DNA from: Solirubrobacterales bacterium
GTDB lineage: Bacteria; Actinomycetota; Thermoleophilia; Solirubrobacterales; JBBDJG01
Direction of reading: 5' to 3'
DNA: 64,000 nt
Assembly: GCA_040880005.1 (NCBI GenBank)
Contig: JBBDJG010000015.1
Location: forward strand, 61,588 to 125,587
Shown: positions 27,354 to 35,340 of the stretch, piece by piece
Layout: every line of letters starts with the position of its first letter
Numbering within the stretch: the first letter of the stretch is position 1
Notes under the pieces: generated by a model
Told to the model about the DNA's origin: nothing
Databases searched by the model: none
What the model saw: only the letters and a program-made list of their open reading frames with translations
Program-made: the position numbers and the translations under genes

Positions 27354-28438
27354 AGCCGCAGTCCGCGGCGGCATCGGCCGCAGTATCGCGCCGTTACATG
27401 GAGTTGCCCCGCTACCTGCGAGTGGTGACGGGTCAGGCGGAGCTGGCCGAGACCTTGACCGCGGTCGCTCGCGATCTCGGGTTTGCGAACCTTTGCGTGG
27501 TCAGCGGCGCGGGCGCCACCGCCGGAGTGGCCGAAGGCCTGGCGAGCGGGCTGGCGCAGCTCGCGGTCTCACACGTGCAAGCGACCGGCGACGGCCGCGA
27601 CGTAGCCGAGTCATTGGCAGCCGCGGACGAGCTGCGCGACGCCGACGTCGTCGTGGCGGTGGGTGGCGGCAAGACGATCGACGTGACCAAGCTCGCCTGC
27701 GAGTTGGCCGACGTCCCGGTGGTCACGGTCCCCACGCAGCTCACTGCCGATGGCATCGCCTCGCCGATCAGCGTCGTTCGGGACTCGGCCGGTCACACCC
27801 AGAGCATGCGCGCGAGGATGCCGATCGCGGTGCTGGCCGACCTGGACGTGATCGCGGCCTCGCCGGTGGCGAGCATGCGTGCCGGGCTCGGCGACCTGGT
27901 CGCCAACCCATGCGCAATCCGCGACTGGCGATTGGCGGCAAACGCGGATCGCGAGTCGGTCGACGACTTCGCCGCGCTGCTTGCGCAGACCGCGACCGAC
28001 CTGGTGTACGCGACCGGCGTCGCGCAGCTGGGGGCCGAACAGCCGGATCGCGACTTCCTCAGGCGTTTGTTGGAGGGGCTGGTATTGAGCGGGCTGGCGA
28101 TGGAAATCGCGGGGTCGTCGCGCCCCTGCTCGGGATCGGAGCACCTGTTCAGCCATGCGCTCGATCGGCTGCGGCCGGGAACCGCGGCGCACGGCGAGCA
28201 GGTCGCGTTCGGTTCGCTGCTGGCGGCGAGGCTGCACGGCGCCGACTGGCGCAGCCTTCAATCCTTCTTGCGCTCGGCCGGCATGGAGCGCGCCGCGAGC
28301 GGCTTCGGGCTTTCGGAGAATGAACTGATCGAGGTGCTCGAAGTGGCGCCCTCGACTCGCCCCGACCGCTACACGGTGCTCGACGAGGTCGATGAGCCCG
28401 AGCTGGGCGCCGCCGTGCGAGACGTTCTCACTGCTTAG
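27350..28438 (+). CDS. sn-glycerol-1-phosphate dehydrogenase-like (EgsA/AraM branch of the Fe/Zn alcohol dehydrogenase superfamily)
   Basis: 362 aa. ATGA overlap with the nucleotidyltransferase gene. Motifs VVAVGGGKTIDVTK, VPTQLTADGIASP, GSEHLFSHALD, HGEQVAFGS (Asp/His/His metal ligands as in G1P dehydrogenases). Confidence 0.7.
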   Translation: MKPQSAAASAAVSRRYMELPRYLRVVTGQAELAETLTAVARDLGFANLCVVSGAGATAGVAEGLASGLAQLAVSHVQATGDGRDVAESLAAADELRDADVVVAVGGGKTIDVTKLACELADVPVVTVPTQLTADGIASPISVVRDSAGHTQSMRARMPIAVLADLDVIAASPVASMRAGLGDLVANPCAIRDWRLAANADRESVDDFAALLAQTATDLVYATGVAQLGAEQPDRDFLRRLLEGLVLSGLAMEIAGSSRPCSGSEHLFSHALDRLRPGTAAHGEQVAFGSLLAARLHGADWRSLQSFLRSAGMERAASGFGLSENELIEVLEVAPSTRPDRYTVLDEVDEPELGAAVRDVLTA

Positions 28439-28447
28439 ACGACCGGG

Positions 28448-28909
28448 CTACTCGCCGATCACCTTGATCACCAGCCGCTTGTTGCGCCGCCCGTCGAACT
28501 CGGCGTAGAAGACCTCCTGCCAGGGGCCGAGGTCGAGCTTACCCTCGGTGATCGGCAGCACGACCTGCTGGTGCACGAGCAGGTTCTTGAAGTGGGCGTC
28601 ACCGTTGTCCTCGCCGCCGCGGTGGTGGCGGTAGTCGCCGCCTTCCGGCAGTAGTGCCTCGGCGACTGGGTTGGCGGCGGGCTTCCAGCTCGGCGGCGCC
28701 AGCTTGTCGAGCCATTCGAGCGTGTCCTCGAGGATTCCGGGCTCGTTGTCGTTGACCCACACGCCGGCGGTGATGTGCATCGCCGACACGAGCACCATCC
28801 CTTCCGCCACTTCTGAATCGTCAACGGCGCCTTGCACGTCGTCCGTGATGTGTACGAACTCACGCCGCTCCTTCGTCTTGAACGTGTGGTGAACGGTGTG
28901 TGATTTCAA
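28448..28909 (-). CDS. yjbQ: YjbQ/UPF0047-family protein (secondary thiamine-phosphate synthase type)
   Basis: 153 aa. TTG start overlapping the GT2 stop (TTGA). FVHITDDV...[20 protein letters not shown]...DAHFKNLL pattern of the family. Confidence 0.8.
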   Translation of the reverse strand: MKSHTVHHTFKTKERREFVHITDDVQGAVDDSEVAEGMVLVSAMHITAGVWVNDNEPGILEDTLEWLDKLAPPSWKPAANPVAEALLPEGGDYRHHRGGEDNGDAHFKNLLVHQQVVLPITEGKLDLGPWQEVFYAEFDGRRNKRLVIKVIGE

Positions 28910-29883
28910 GATTCGGCCTCCTGTTGTTCCTGTCGTTGCTCTCGTAATCCTTCGCCACTGCCTGGAAACAGCGAGTAGCGTGCGTGCATCGCGTAGCGGC
29001 TCGCGTCTTTGCCCGGCAACACCAGCGCGCCCACTGCTCGCAGCGAGTACGCCCAGGCGCTGAGGACGCGCACGACCAGCGCCGCCGGTTGCCCGTGGTG
29101 CTTCTTCATATACAGATCGCGGTTGCGCGAGAACTCGACGATTCGCCGCCGCGCCGATGCGCCGTGTGAGAGCTGCTCGCGGTGGTAGATCCTTGCCGCA
29201 GGGACGAACAGCGTCTTCCAGCCGGCGTCGTTCGCCCGCTTCTGCCAGTCGACCTCATCCGAATAGACGAAGAACGCCGGGTCCATCGGGCCGACCTCGT
29301 CGAAGGCGCGCTTGCGCACGAGCATGCCGGCGGACTGCACCCAGTCAACCGTGCGTGTTTCGTTCCCCCGGCTCTGCACGGTGTGGCGGTTGTGCAGCAG
29401 CAGCGCGCCGGCGAGAGCGGTGCGCACGCCGGGAAACCGCCACGCGCACGGCTGGGGAGTTCCTTCCGCGTTCAGCAACCGTGCGCCTGCCACCGCCGCA
29501 GCGGGCTCGGACTCGAGCGCCGCGACGAGCGCGTCGGCAGCACCGGGTGTCAGCTCGGAGTCCTCGTTCAAGAGCAGGCAGAAATCGCCACGAGCACGAC
29601 TCATGAGGTCGGAATCGTTCTCGGCCTTGCCGCGGCGCGTGCTCAACTCGATCAGCTCAACTTGCGGGAAGGCCTCGCGGACTGCGCCGGCCGATCCGTC
29701 GCGTGAGGCGTTGTCGAGCACGAGGATCTCGTGTGGGCGCGACGGGGGGTTGGCGGCTATCGACCGCAGGCAGGCGAGCAGCAGATCGCGGCCGTCGGTG
29801 TTGACTATGCAGACCGATATCTGTGGCGGGTCGGGCACGGCGTCATGTTGACGATAATGCGCTGCGATGCGCGTCACGGTCAT
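28906..29883 (-). CDS. family 2 glycosyltransferase
   Basis: 325 aa from ATG 29883. In-frame GTG 29838 gives the more typical short N-terminus (V)[15 protein letters not shown]. Motifs [10 protein letters not shown] and LLNEDSE (DxD-like). Confidence 0.8.
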   Translation of the reverse strand: MTVTRIAAHYRQHDAVPDPPQISVCIVNTDGRDLLLACLRSIAANPPSRPHEILVLDNASRDGSAGAVREAFPQVELIELSTRRGKAENDSDLMSRARGDFCLLLNEDSELTPGAADALVAALESEPAAAVAGARLLNAEGTPQPCAWRFPGVRTALAGALLLHNRHTVQSRGNETRTVDWVQSAGMLVRKRAFDEVGPMDPAFFVYSDEVDWQKRANDAGWKTLFVPAARIYHREQLSHGASARRRIVEFSRNRDLYMKKHHGQPAALVVRVLSAWAYSLRAVGALVLPGKDASRYAMHARYSLFPGSGEGLREQRQEQQEAES

Positions 29884-30970
29884 CGACCCACCTGCCTACA
29901 CGCCTCCCTACGACCACTGCCTGTGCGAGGCGCTGGCGGCGCGAGGGCTGGAAGTGGAACTGGCCACCAGCCGCTTCCGTTATGCGGCGACGCCACGGCC
30001 GCTCGGCTACACGCGCACGGAGTGCTTCTATCGCCGCGGCGGCAGCAGCTCGACCCTCAAGGCCTTGCAGCATCCGCTCGACATGGCGCGGCTTGCTCGC
30101 CATGCGCGCGGCTCGATCGCGCACTTCCAGTGGCTGCCGATCCCGTCGCTGGACCGCCGGCTCGTGCGCAGGTTCGAACGGCCGCGTGTCTTGACCGCGC
30201 ACGACATCCTTCCCCGCGAGGCCGGCGCGCGACGGCGCAACGCCGCTCGCAGGCTGTTCGATGAGATGGACGCGGTCGTCGTGCACTCGCGTTCGGGTCG
30301 CGAGCGACTGGTGGACGACCTCGGTGTCGATCCGGCGCTCGTGCACGTGATCCCGCATGGATCGTTCGAGCATCTCGCCAGGGGAAACGCGACGCAGCCG
30401 ATCGACCCCGTCGCCGGCGACCTCGACGGGCACGAGGTGGTGCTGTTTTTCGGCTTGATCCGCCCCTACAAGGGACTCGACGTCCTGATCGAGGCGTTCG
30501 GCCAGCTACCCGGCGATGCGGTCCTGCTCGTGGCCGGGATGCCGCGCGTTCCGATCGAGCCGCTGCGCCGACGGGTGGAAGAGCTCGGCCTCACCGATCG
30601 AGTCCGCTTCGTGCCCCGCTTCATCTCCGACCCGGAGATCCCGGCCTACTTCGAGCGCGCCGACGTGGTTGCGCTGCCGTATCGCGAGACGGAGCAGTCC
30701 GGCGTCCTGTTCACGGCGCTGGCGTTCGGCAAGCCTGTCGTCGCGAGCGACATCGGAGGCTTCAGCGAGGTCGGCCGCGACCACGCAGCGATACGGCTGG
30801 TGGCGCCGGATGACCCCGGCGCGCTCGCCGGCGCGCTCGGCGAGCTGTTGCGCGACGAAGATCAGCGCGAGCGCTTGTCCCAGGCCGCCCGCGCAGCCGC
30901 CAGCGGACCGTACTCGTGGGCCCGGGCCGCGGAGTTGACCGAGGCCCTCTACCGCGGGCTGCTGCCATGA
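29867..30970 (+). CDS. family 4 (GT-B) glycosyltransferase
   Basis: 367 aa. [15 protein letters not shown]...; C-terminal half VVLFFGLIRPYKGLD...ADVVALPYRETEQSGVLFTALAFGKPVVASDIGG (EX7E-type region). Confidence 0.85.
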   Translation: MRVTVIDPPAYTPPYDHCLCEALAARGLEVELATSRFRYAATPRPLGYTRTECFYRRGGSSSTLKALQHPLDMARLARHARGSIAHFQWLPIPSLDRRLVRRFERPRVLTAHDILPREAGARRRNAARRLFDEMDAVVVHSRSGRERLVDDLGVDPALVHVIPHGSFEHLARGNATQPIDPVAGDLDGHEVVLFFGLIRPYKGLDVLIEAFGQLPGDAVLLVAGMPRVPIEPLRRRVEELGLTDRVRFVPRFISDPEIPAYFERADVVALPYRETEQSGVLFTALAFGKPVVASDIGGFSEVGRDHAAIRLVAPDDPGALAGALGELLRDEDQRERLSQAARAAASGPYSWARAAELTEALYRGLLP

Positions 30971-32106
30971 CGGCGCTTGCAGTCGTCTTCTGGGTATCGG
31001 CGGCCGCGATTGTCTATACGCACGCCGGTTACCCGCTGTTGCTGCGCGTGATCGGCCGTCGCGCCCGGCACAGGAAACCCGCCGAAAGCGATCTGCCCAG
31101 CGTCACGCTGATCGTCGCCGCCCACGACGAGCAGACGGTGATCGAGCGCAAGCTGCGCAACTCGCTGGAGCTGGACTATCCGCGCGGGCTGCTCGAAGTG
31201 ATCGTCGCCTCCGACGGCTCCGGCGATCGCACGGTCGAGATCGCGCGCTCGCTGGCCGCCGGCGACGATCGCGTGAAGGTGCTCGACCTCGAGCGAGCCG
31301 GCAAGGTGCGCGCCCAAGACGTGGCCGCCGACGTCGCGACGGGCGACGTGCTCGCGTTCTCCGACGCCAACGCGTACTGGGAGGCCGACGCGCTGCGCAA
31401 GTTGGTCGCGCCGTTCGCGGACGAAGAGGTCGGCTACGTTTGCGGCGAGCTGCGCTACGAGTCGGTCGACGGGTCCAATCAGGAGGGCGCGTACTGGCGC
31501 TTCGAGACCGCCAACCGCGACTACGAAAGCCGCCTGCATTCGGTCACGGCCGGCAACGGCGCGATCTATGCGGTCAGGGATGAGGCCTACCTGCGCCTCG
31601 ACCCTCGCACCAGCCACGACCTCTCGTTGCCCTTCAACCTCGTCAAGCGCGGCTGGCTGGCGCTGTCGGAGCCGTCGGCGGTCGCGGTCGAGCGGCCGCT
31701 CGCCACCAACGAGGGCGAGTTCGCGCGCAAGCGGCGCATGATGAGCCACGCTTGGCCGGCGATCCTAGGCGGCGGGATGCTCGACCCGCGTGGCTACGGA
31801 CCCGTTTACGCATTCGAGATCTTCTCCCACCGGGCACTGCGTTACGCGACGCCCTTTCTGCACGTGATCGCGTTCGTCGCGAACTTGGCGCTCGTCGGGG
31901 AGGGCTTGGTGTACGTCGTAACGCTGGCGATCCAACTCGCATTCGTGATGGCCGCGATAGCCGGACGGCTCACGCGCGGCCGGCCGCGCGTGCTCGCGCT
32001 GTGCCAGTACTACTTGCTGACGACCGCTTCGATCGCGGCCGGCCTTTGGGATTGGCTGCGGCGCGGAACGCCCACCACCTGGGAGAAGGCGCAGGGCCGC
32101 GCGTGA
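30967..32106 (+). CDS. family 2 glycosyltransferase (membrane-associated, synthase-like)
   Basis: Track ORF 30916..32106 trimmed to ATG 30967 (ATGA overlap with the GT4 stop). PSVTLIVAAHDEQ, VASDGSGDRT, AFSDANA motifs. N- and C-terminal TM helices. Confidence 0.85.
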   Translation: MTALAVVFWVSAAAIVYTHAGYPLLLRVIGRRARHRKPAESDLPSVTLIVAAHDEQTVIERKLRNSLELDYPRGLLEVIVASDGSGDRTVEIARSLAAGDDRVKVLDLERAGKVRAQDVAADVATGDVLAFSDANAYWEADALRKLVAPFADEEVGYVCGELRYESVDGSNQEGAYWRFETANRDYESRLHSVTAGNGAIYAVRDEAYLRLDPRTSHDLSLPFNLVKRGWLALSEPSAVAVERPLATNEGEFARKRRMMSHAWPAILGGGMLDPRGYGPVYAFEIFSHRALRYATPFLHVIAFVANLALVGEGLVYVVTLAIQLAFVMAAIAGRLTRGRPRVLALCQYYLLTTASIAAGLWDWLRRGTPTTWEKAQGRA

Positions 32107-32753
32107 AGCCGCAAGCAAGGCCGGCCGTGCCTGCCGATCCGAGGCCGCGGGTCATCCGCGCGATCAAGCGCGCGCTCGACCTCGTCGGGGCCGCGGTCCT
32201 GCTCGTGCTCAGCTCGCCGCTGCTTGCGCTCGCGTGTGGGGCGATCCGGATCGGGTCGCGCGGCTCGCCGATCTACCGGCAGCGCCGTGTCGGTAAGCGC
32301 GGCCGCGACTTCGAGCTGCTGAAGCTGCGCACGATGGTCGAGGGTGCCGAGGGCAGCGGCAAGGGGCTCGCGGTTGACGAAGACGATCCGCGCATCACGC
32401 GCATCGGTGCGCTGCTGCGCCGCTTCTCGCTCGACGAGCTGCCCAACCTGTTGAACGTCGTGCGTGGTGAGATGAGCCTGGTCGGGCCACGCCCGACCGT
32501 GCGGGTTCAGGTCGATCAGTACACGCAGCGCCAGCTCGGCCGGCTCGCGGTCGAGCCCGGCATCAGCGGCTGGGCGCAGGTGCAGGGCCGGGCGTCCTTA
32601 CCGTGGCACGAGCGCATCGAGTTGGACCTTTGGTACGTGGAGAACTGGTCGCTGCGGCTCGACGCGCGCATCGCGTGGATGACGCTGCGGCTGCTGATCA
32701 GCGGCAGGGGACTCTACCGCGGCTCGACTGGCGGCTGGCGCCCGCCGGAATAG
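32103..32753 (+). CDS. initiating phosphoglycosyl transferase (small bacterial sugar transferase, PglC/WbaP C-domain type)
   Basis: Track ORF 31752..32753 trimmed to GTG 32103 (GTGA overlap with the GT2 stop). KRALDLVGAAVLLVLSSPLL re-entrant helix. FELLKLRTM, DELPNLLNVVRGEMSLVGPRP signature. Confidence 0.85.
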   Translation: MKPQARPAVPADPRPRVIRAIKRALDLVGAAVLLVLSSPLLALACGAIRIGSRGSPIYRQRRVGKRGRDFELLKLRTMVEGAEGSGKGLAVDEDDPRITRIGALLRRFSLDELPNLLNVVRGEMSLVGPRPTVRVQVDQYTQRQLGRLAVEPGISGWAQVQGRASLPWHERIELDLWYVENWSLRLDARIAWMTLRLLISGRGLYRGSTGGWRPPE

Positions 32754-32886
32754 GGGCACGATGCAACGCTCGTCACGCAGTACCAGCTTGCTGCACGAGT
32801 TGGCACGTCCCAGCCGGCGCTCGCCTGTTAGGAGACAGCCGCAGCTCTACCAACCTTCCCGACGCTCGAGCGCCCGCCTCGATCCA

Positions 32887-32936
32887 GTGTTGTGAGGCGG
32901 TTTGAGTTGCGCTGAGTTGCTCCGACCTTCGCTCAT
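32887..32936. repeat. degenerate 10-bp-periodic ...TGAG repeat, related to the 95-bp repeats at 59794 and 60793
   Basis: GTGTTGTGAG GCGGTTTGAG TTGCGCTGAG TTGCTCCGAC CTTCGCTCAT read in 10-nt register. Same unit type (xxxCGCTGAG) as the 59.8/60.8 kb repeats. Lies about 100 nt 3' of the minus-strand DUF4143 ATPase gene. Confidence 0.5.
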
Positions 32937-33037
32937 GTTGATGCCAAAAAGATGCTCGAGCTAGTGAGACCGCACCATCCGGCTGCTTGCTCATCGGATC
33001 GTGCCGATCGCGTCTCTTGATCTGATCGGGCTCCCGT

Positions 33038-34291
33038 CTACGGCCCGAGCGCGCCAACTGGAACAACGCTGATGCCGTCATCACGGACGTAGCCGTAGCC
33101 GGATCCCGTGATCACGACCAAGGCGCTGGGCGCACCGGTCTTCGACGAATCAACGCGCTTCGCGAGCTTCAACAGGTTCCGGGCACCTTCATCAATCCAG
33201 TTCTGGCCGAGCTTGATCTCGAACGCTGCCCAGCGCCCGTCCACGGCCTGAACGACGGCGTCGACTTCGAGGTCCTGGTCCTTGTACTGGAGGACCTCAG
33301 CGTCGGCCGCCTGTGCATAGATCCTCAAGTCGCGCACTACCAACGACTCGAACAGAAAGCCAAGGAAGCTGAGGTCGTCTAGGGTCGTCTGCGGAGACCC
33401 GCGAAGCGCCGCGACCGCGAGCGAGGGACATACGAAGTGGCGCTTCGCCTGCGATCGCAGCGCGTGCCTCGAGCGAAGATGCGGCGCCCACGCCGGCTGA
33501 TCCTCGCGGACTTTCAGCCGGCGCAAGGCGTCGAGGTAGTCTCCGACGGTGTCGCGCTTTAACGGGTCATCGCCCCCGCCGGTGTCTGCCGCGAGGGTTG
33601 AAACGCTGGCATACGTTGCCACGTTGCGGGCCAGGCTGCGAAGCAGCACGGCGACACGCTCGGGGTCACGGCGGGCAGTCCCGACGCGGTTGATGTCCAC
33701 GCGGCGGACCTCGTCGAGATAGCTGCGATTCGCGTGCAGAGCTTCGCCTTGCTCGAGCCCCTGAATCGCCGGCCACCCTCCAACAGCGATCCGCGCTGCC
33801 AGGTCGCCGAGCGTCACTCCTGTATCGGGGGAGCGAACCGGCCGACCATCCAGGAGCGACTCCAACGAGATCGAGCCATCGCTGTGGCTCGTCTCGAGCA
33901 GGCTCATCGGCCGCATCTGGATGCGGGTAATGCGCCCCGCGCCGGTATGACGACTCTCATCCTCCGCTGGCACCGCTGATCCGGTGAGAATGAATTGCCC
34001 CGGCTGGGCGCGGCGATCCACTTCCCGGCGAACGTGGTTCCAAAGCTCAGGGACCAGCTGCCACTCGTCGATCAGCCTTGGCGTTTCGCCCTCCAAGACG
34101 AGCGAGGGATCGATGGAGGCGGCCTCTCTCGCCTGGAGGTCGATGTCGAGCAGCACCTCGCTGCGGGCGATCTGGCGCGCCGTTTCGGTCTTGCCCGAGG
34201 CCTTTGGACCCTCGATCAGGACGGCGCCGAGCGCTTCCAGGCGCCGCCGCAGCTCGCTATCTAGTATTCGGGGAAAATACACAGCGGGCAA
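33038..34291 (-). CDS. AAA-type ATP-binding protein with DUF4143-like C-terminal domain
   Basis: 417 aa. Walker A GPKASGKT. ...RLIDEWQLVPELWNHVRREVD...FILTGS and C-terminal ...GFLFESLVVRDL...LQYKDQDLEVDAVV pattern of the AAA_14/DUF4143 family. Flanked by AT-richer DNA. Confidence 0.85.
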   Translation of the reverse strand: MPAVYFPRILDSELRRRLEALGAVLIEGPKASGKTETARQIARSEVLLDIDLQAREAASIDPSLVLEGETPRLIDEWQLVPELWNHVRREVDRRAQPGQFILTGSAVPAEDESRHTGAGRITRIQMRPMSLLETSHSDGSISLESLLDGRPVRSPDTGVTLGDLAARIAVGGWPAIQGLEQGEALHANRSYLDEVRRVDINRVGTARRDPERVAVLLRSLARNVATYASVSTLAADTGGGDDPLKRDTVGDYLDALRRLKVREDQPAWAPHLRSRHALRSQAKRHFVCPSLAVAALRGSPQTTLDDLSFLGFLFESLVVRDLRIYAQAADAEVLQYKDQDLEVDAVVQAVDGRWAAFEIKLGQNWIDEGARNLLKLAKRVDSSKTGAPSALVVITGSGYGYVRDDGISVVPVGALGP

Positions 34292-34377
34292 ATTATAGAG
34301 ACATTAGCGGGCAATAAATAAAGGGTACGCAGGGCACCCTATAAGCACCAAGCCGCCGCGACGGCGGCCGGATGGGA

Positions 34378-34485
34378 TCAGTCGATCGGGGTGGCGTCGA
34401 CCGGGACGACGTCGTCGGGCTTCGCGCGCAGGGCGAAGCCCTCGTAGATCAGATAAGCGGGGGGGGGGAACCCGCGACCTTCGGG
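34378..34485 (-). pseudogene. coding-like 35-codon extension in frame behind the TAA stop of the DUF3105 gene (nonsense-truncated tail or orphan C-terminal fragment)
   Basis: Directly after TAA (34486-34488) the same frame continues PEGRGFPPPAYLIYEGFALRAKPDDVVPVDATPID then TGA (34378-34380). 31 of 35 third positions are G/C. Confidence 0.35.
34459..34468. repeat. homopolymeric G10 (C10 on the coding strand of the tail above)
   Basis: aagcGGGGGGGGGGaaccc read directly. Followed by hairpin AACCCG-cgacctt-CGGGTT (34469-34487), which overlaps the TAA stop of the DUF3105 gene. Confidence 0.9.
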
Positions 34486-35262
34486 TTATGAACCCGGGAT
34501 CGCGCCGCTCTGGTGGAACGGTGGGATCTCGCCCGGCCAGCCGGGTGCGCCGACCGACGGTTGGTGTCCCGATGCGCCCTCCGGGGCCTGGTCCACGTAG
34601 CGGTCGTAGAAGTCCCTGATCACGTCGAAGGTCGCATCGGTGATCTTCTTGCAGCCGGCCAGGTGACCCCAGGAGCTGATCGCGACGTCGTATGGCATCG
34701 AGCTGTTGGGGAACAGCAGCAGGAACTGCTTGTTCTGGTTGAAGAATCCGCCGAGCTGGTCTAGGCGCCGGGCGGGGATGTCGGGCTTGTAGTGGATCTC
34801 GACGCGGCCGCCCTCTAGCGCATGGATGAGGTGGCGAGGCTGCGGCTCTTTCGTATAGACGCCGTCGGGTTGTGCCAGAGCATCGTGGTCGCCGGACGTG
34901 GGCGGGTTGGTCTTGTAAACGACCTTCTTGCTCGAGGGCACGTGGCTGCGGCCCGCGATCGGCGGATTCTCGAGCTTGCAGCCGGCCGCCTCGGCGGCCG
35001 AGAAGAGGTCCTGGTCGTCCAGCGGCGGCGGATCGACGGCTCCGTCGAACTGCGCGTGCGGCCCGCCCGAGTCGTCTTTCTTGCCGGACGAGCCGCCGCT
35101 CGCCGCCACGATCGCGATCACCGCGCCGATCACCGCCAGCACCAGCACCGCGCCGATGACGATCCCGTAGGTGCGTCGCTGCTTCGATTGCTGGTCGGCT
35201 GCCTGCTCAGCCGCCTGCCGCTCCTGCCTGCGGCGCTCCTTCTCTTCCTTGCGGCTTGCCAT
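34486..35262 (-). CDS. DUF3105-domain membrane-anchored protein
   Basis: 258 aa. Basic N-terminus plus TM helix YGIVIGAVLVLAVIGAVIAIVAA. Family motifs NPPTSGDH, LIHALEGGRVEIHY, AISSWGHLAGC. Confidence 0.8.
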   Translation of the reverse strand: MASRKEEKERRRQERQAAEQAADQQSKQRRTYGIVIGAVLVLAVIGAVIAIVAASGGSSGKKDDSGGPHAQFDGAVDPPPLDDQDLFSAAEAAGCKLENPPIAGRSHVPSSKKVVYKTNPPTSGDHDALAQPDGVYTKEPQPRHLIHALEGGRVEIHYKPDIPARRLDQLGGFFNQNKQFLLLFPNSSMPYDVAISSWGHLAGCKKITDATFDVIRDFYDRYVDQAPEGASGHQPSVGAPGWPGEIPPFHQSGAIPGS

Positions 35263-35340
35263 CTCAAAAATGAGACTACTTCATCGGCGGCCGTGTTCCT
35301 GCCGTTGGCGACACCCGCCGCAATCTCGTAGGCTCAACGC

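Noticed and set aside
32844-32855. GCTCTACCAACC (reverse complement GGTTGGTAGAGC) resembles a tRNA D-loop. I considered a tRNA or tRNA fragment marking an att site for the 32.8-34.5 kb insertion.
   Set aside because: The flanking sequence does not form D, anticodon or T stems and no acceptor stem can be drawn. A 12-nt match alone is not evidence.
34469-34488. A hairpin overlapping the stop codon raised the idea of selenocysteine or programmed recoding.
   Set aside because: The stop is TAA, not TGA, and the hairpin has only a 6-bp stem and no SECIS-like features. I kept it only as a low-probability option within the in-frame TAA finding (34378-34488).
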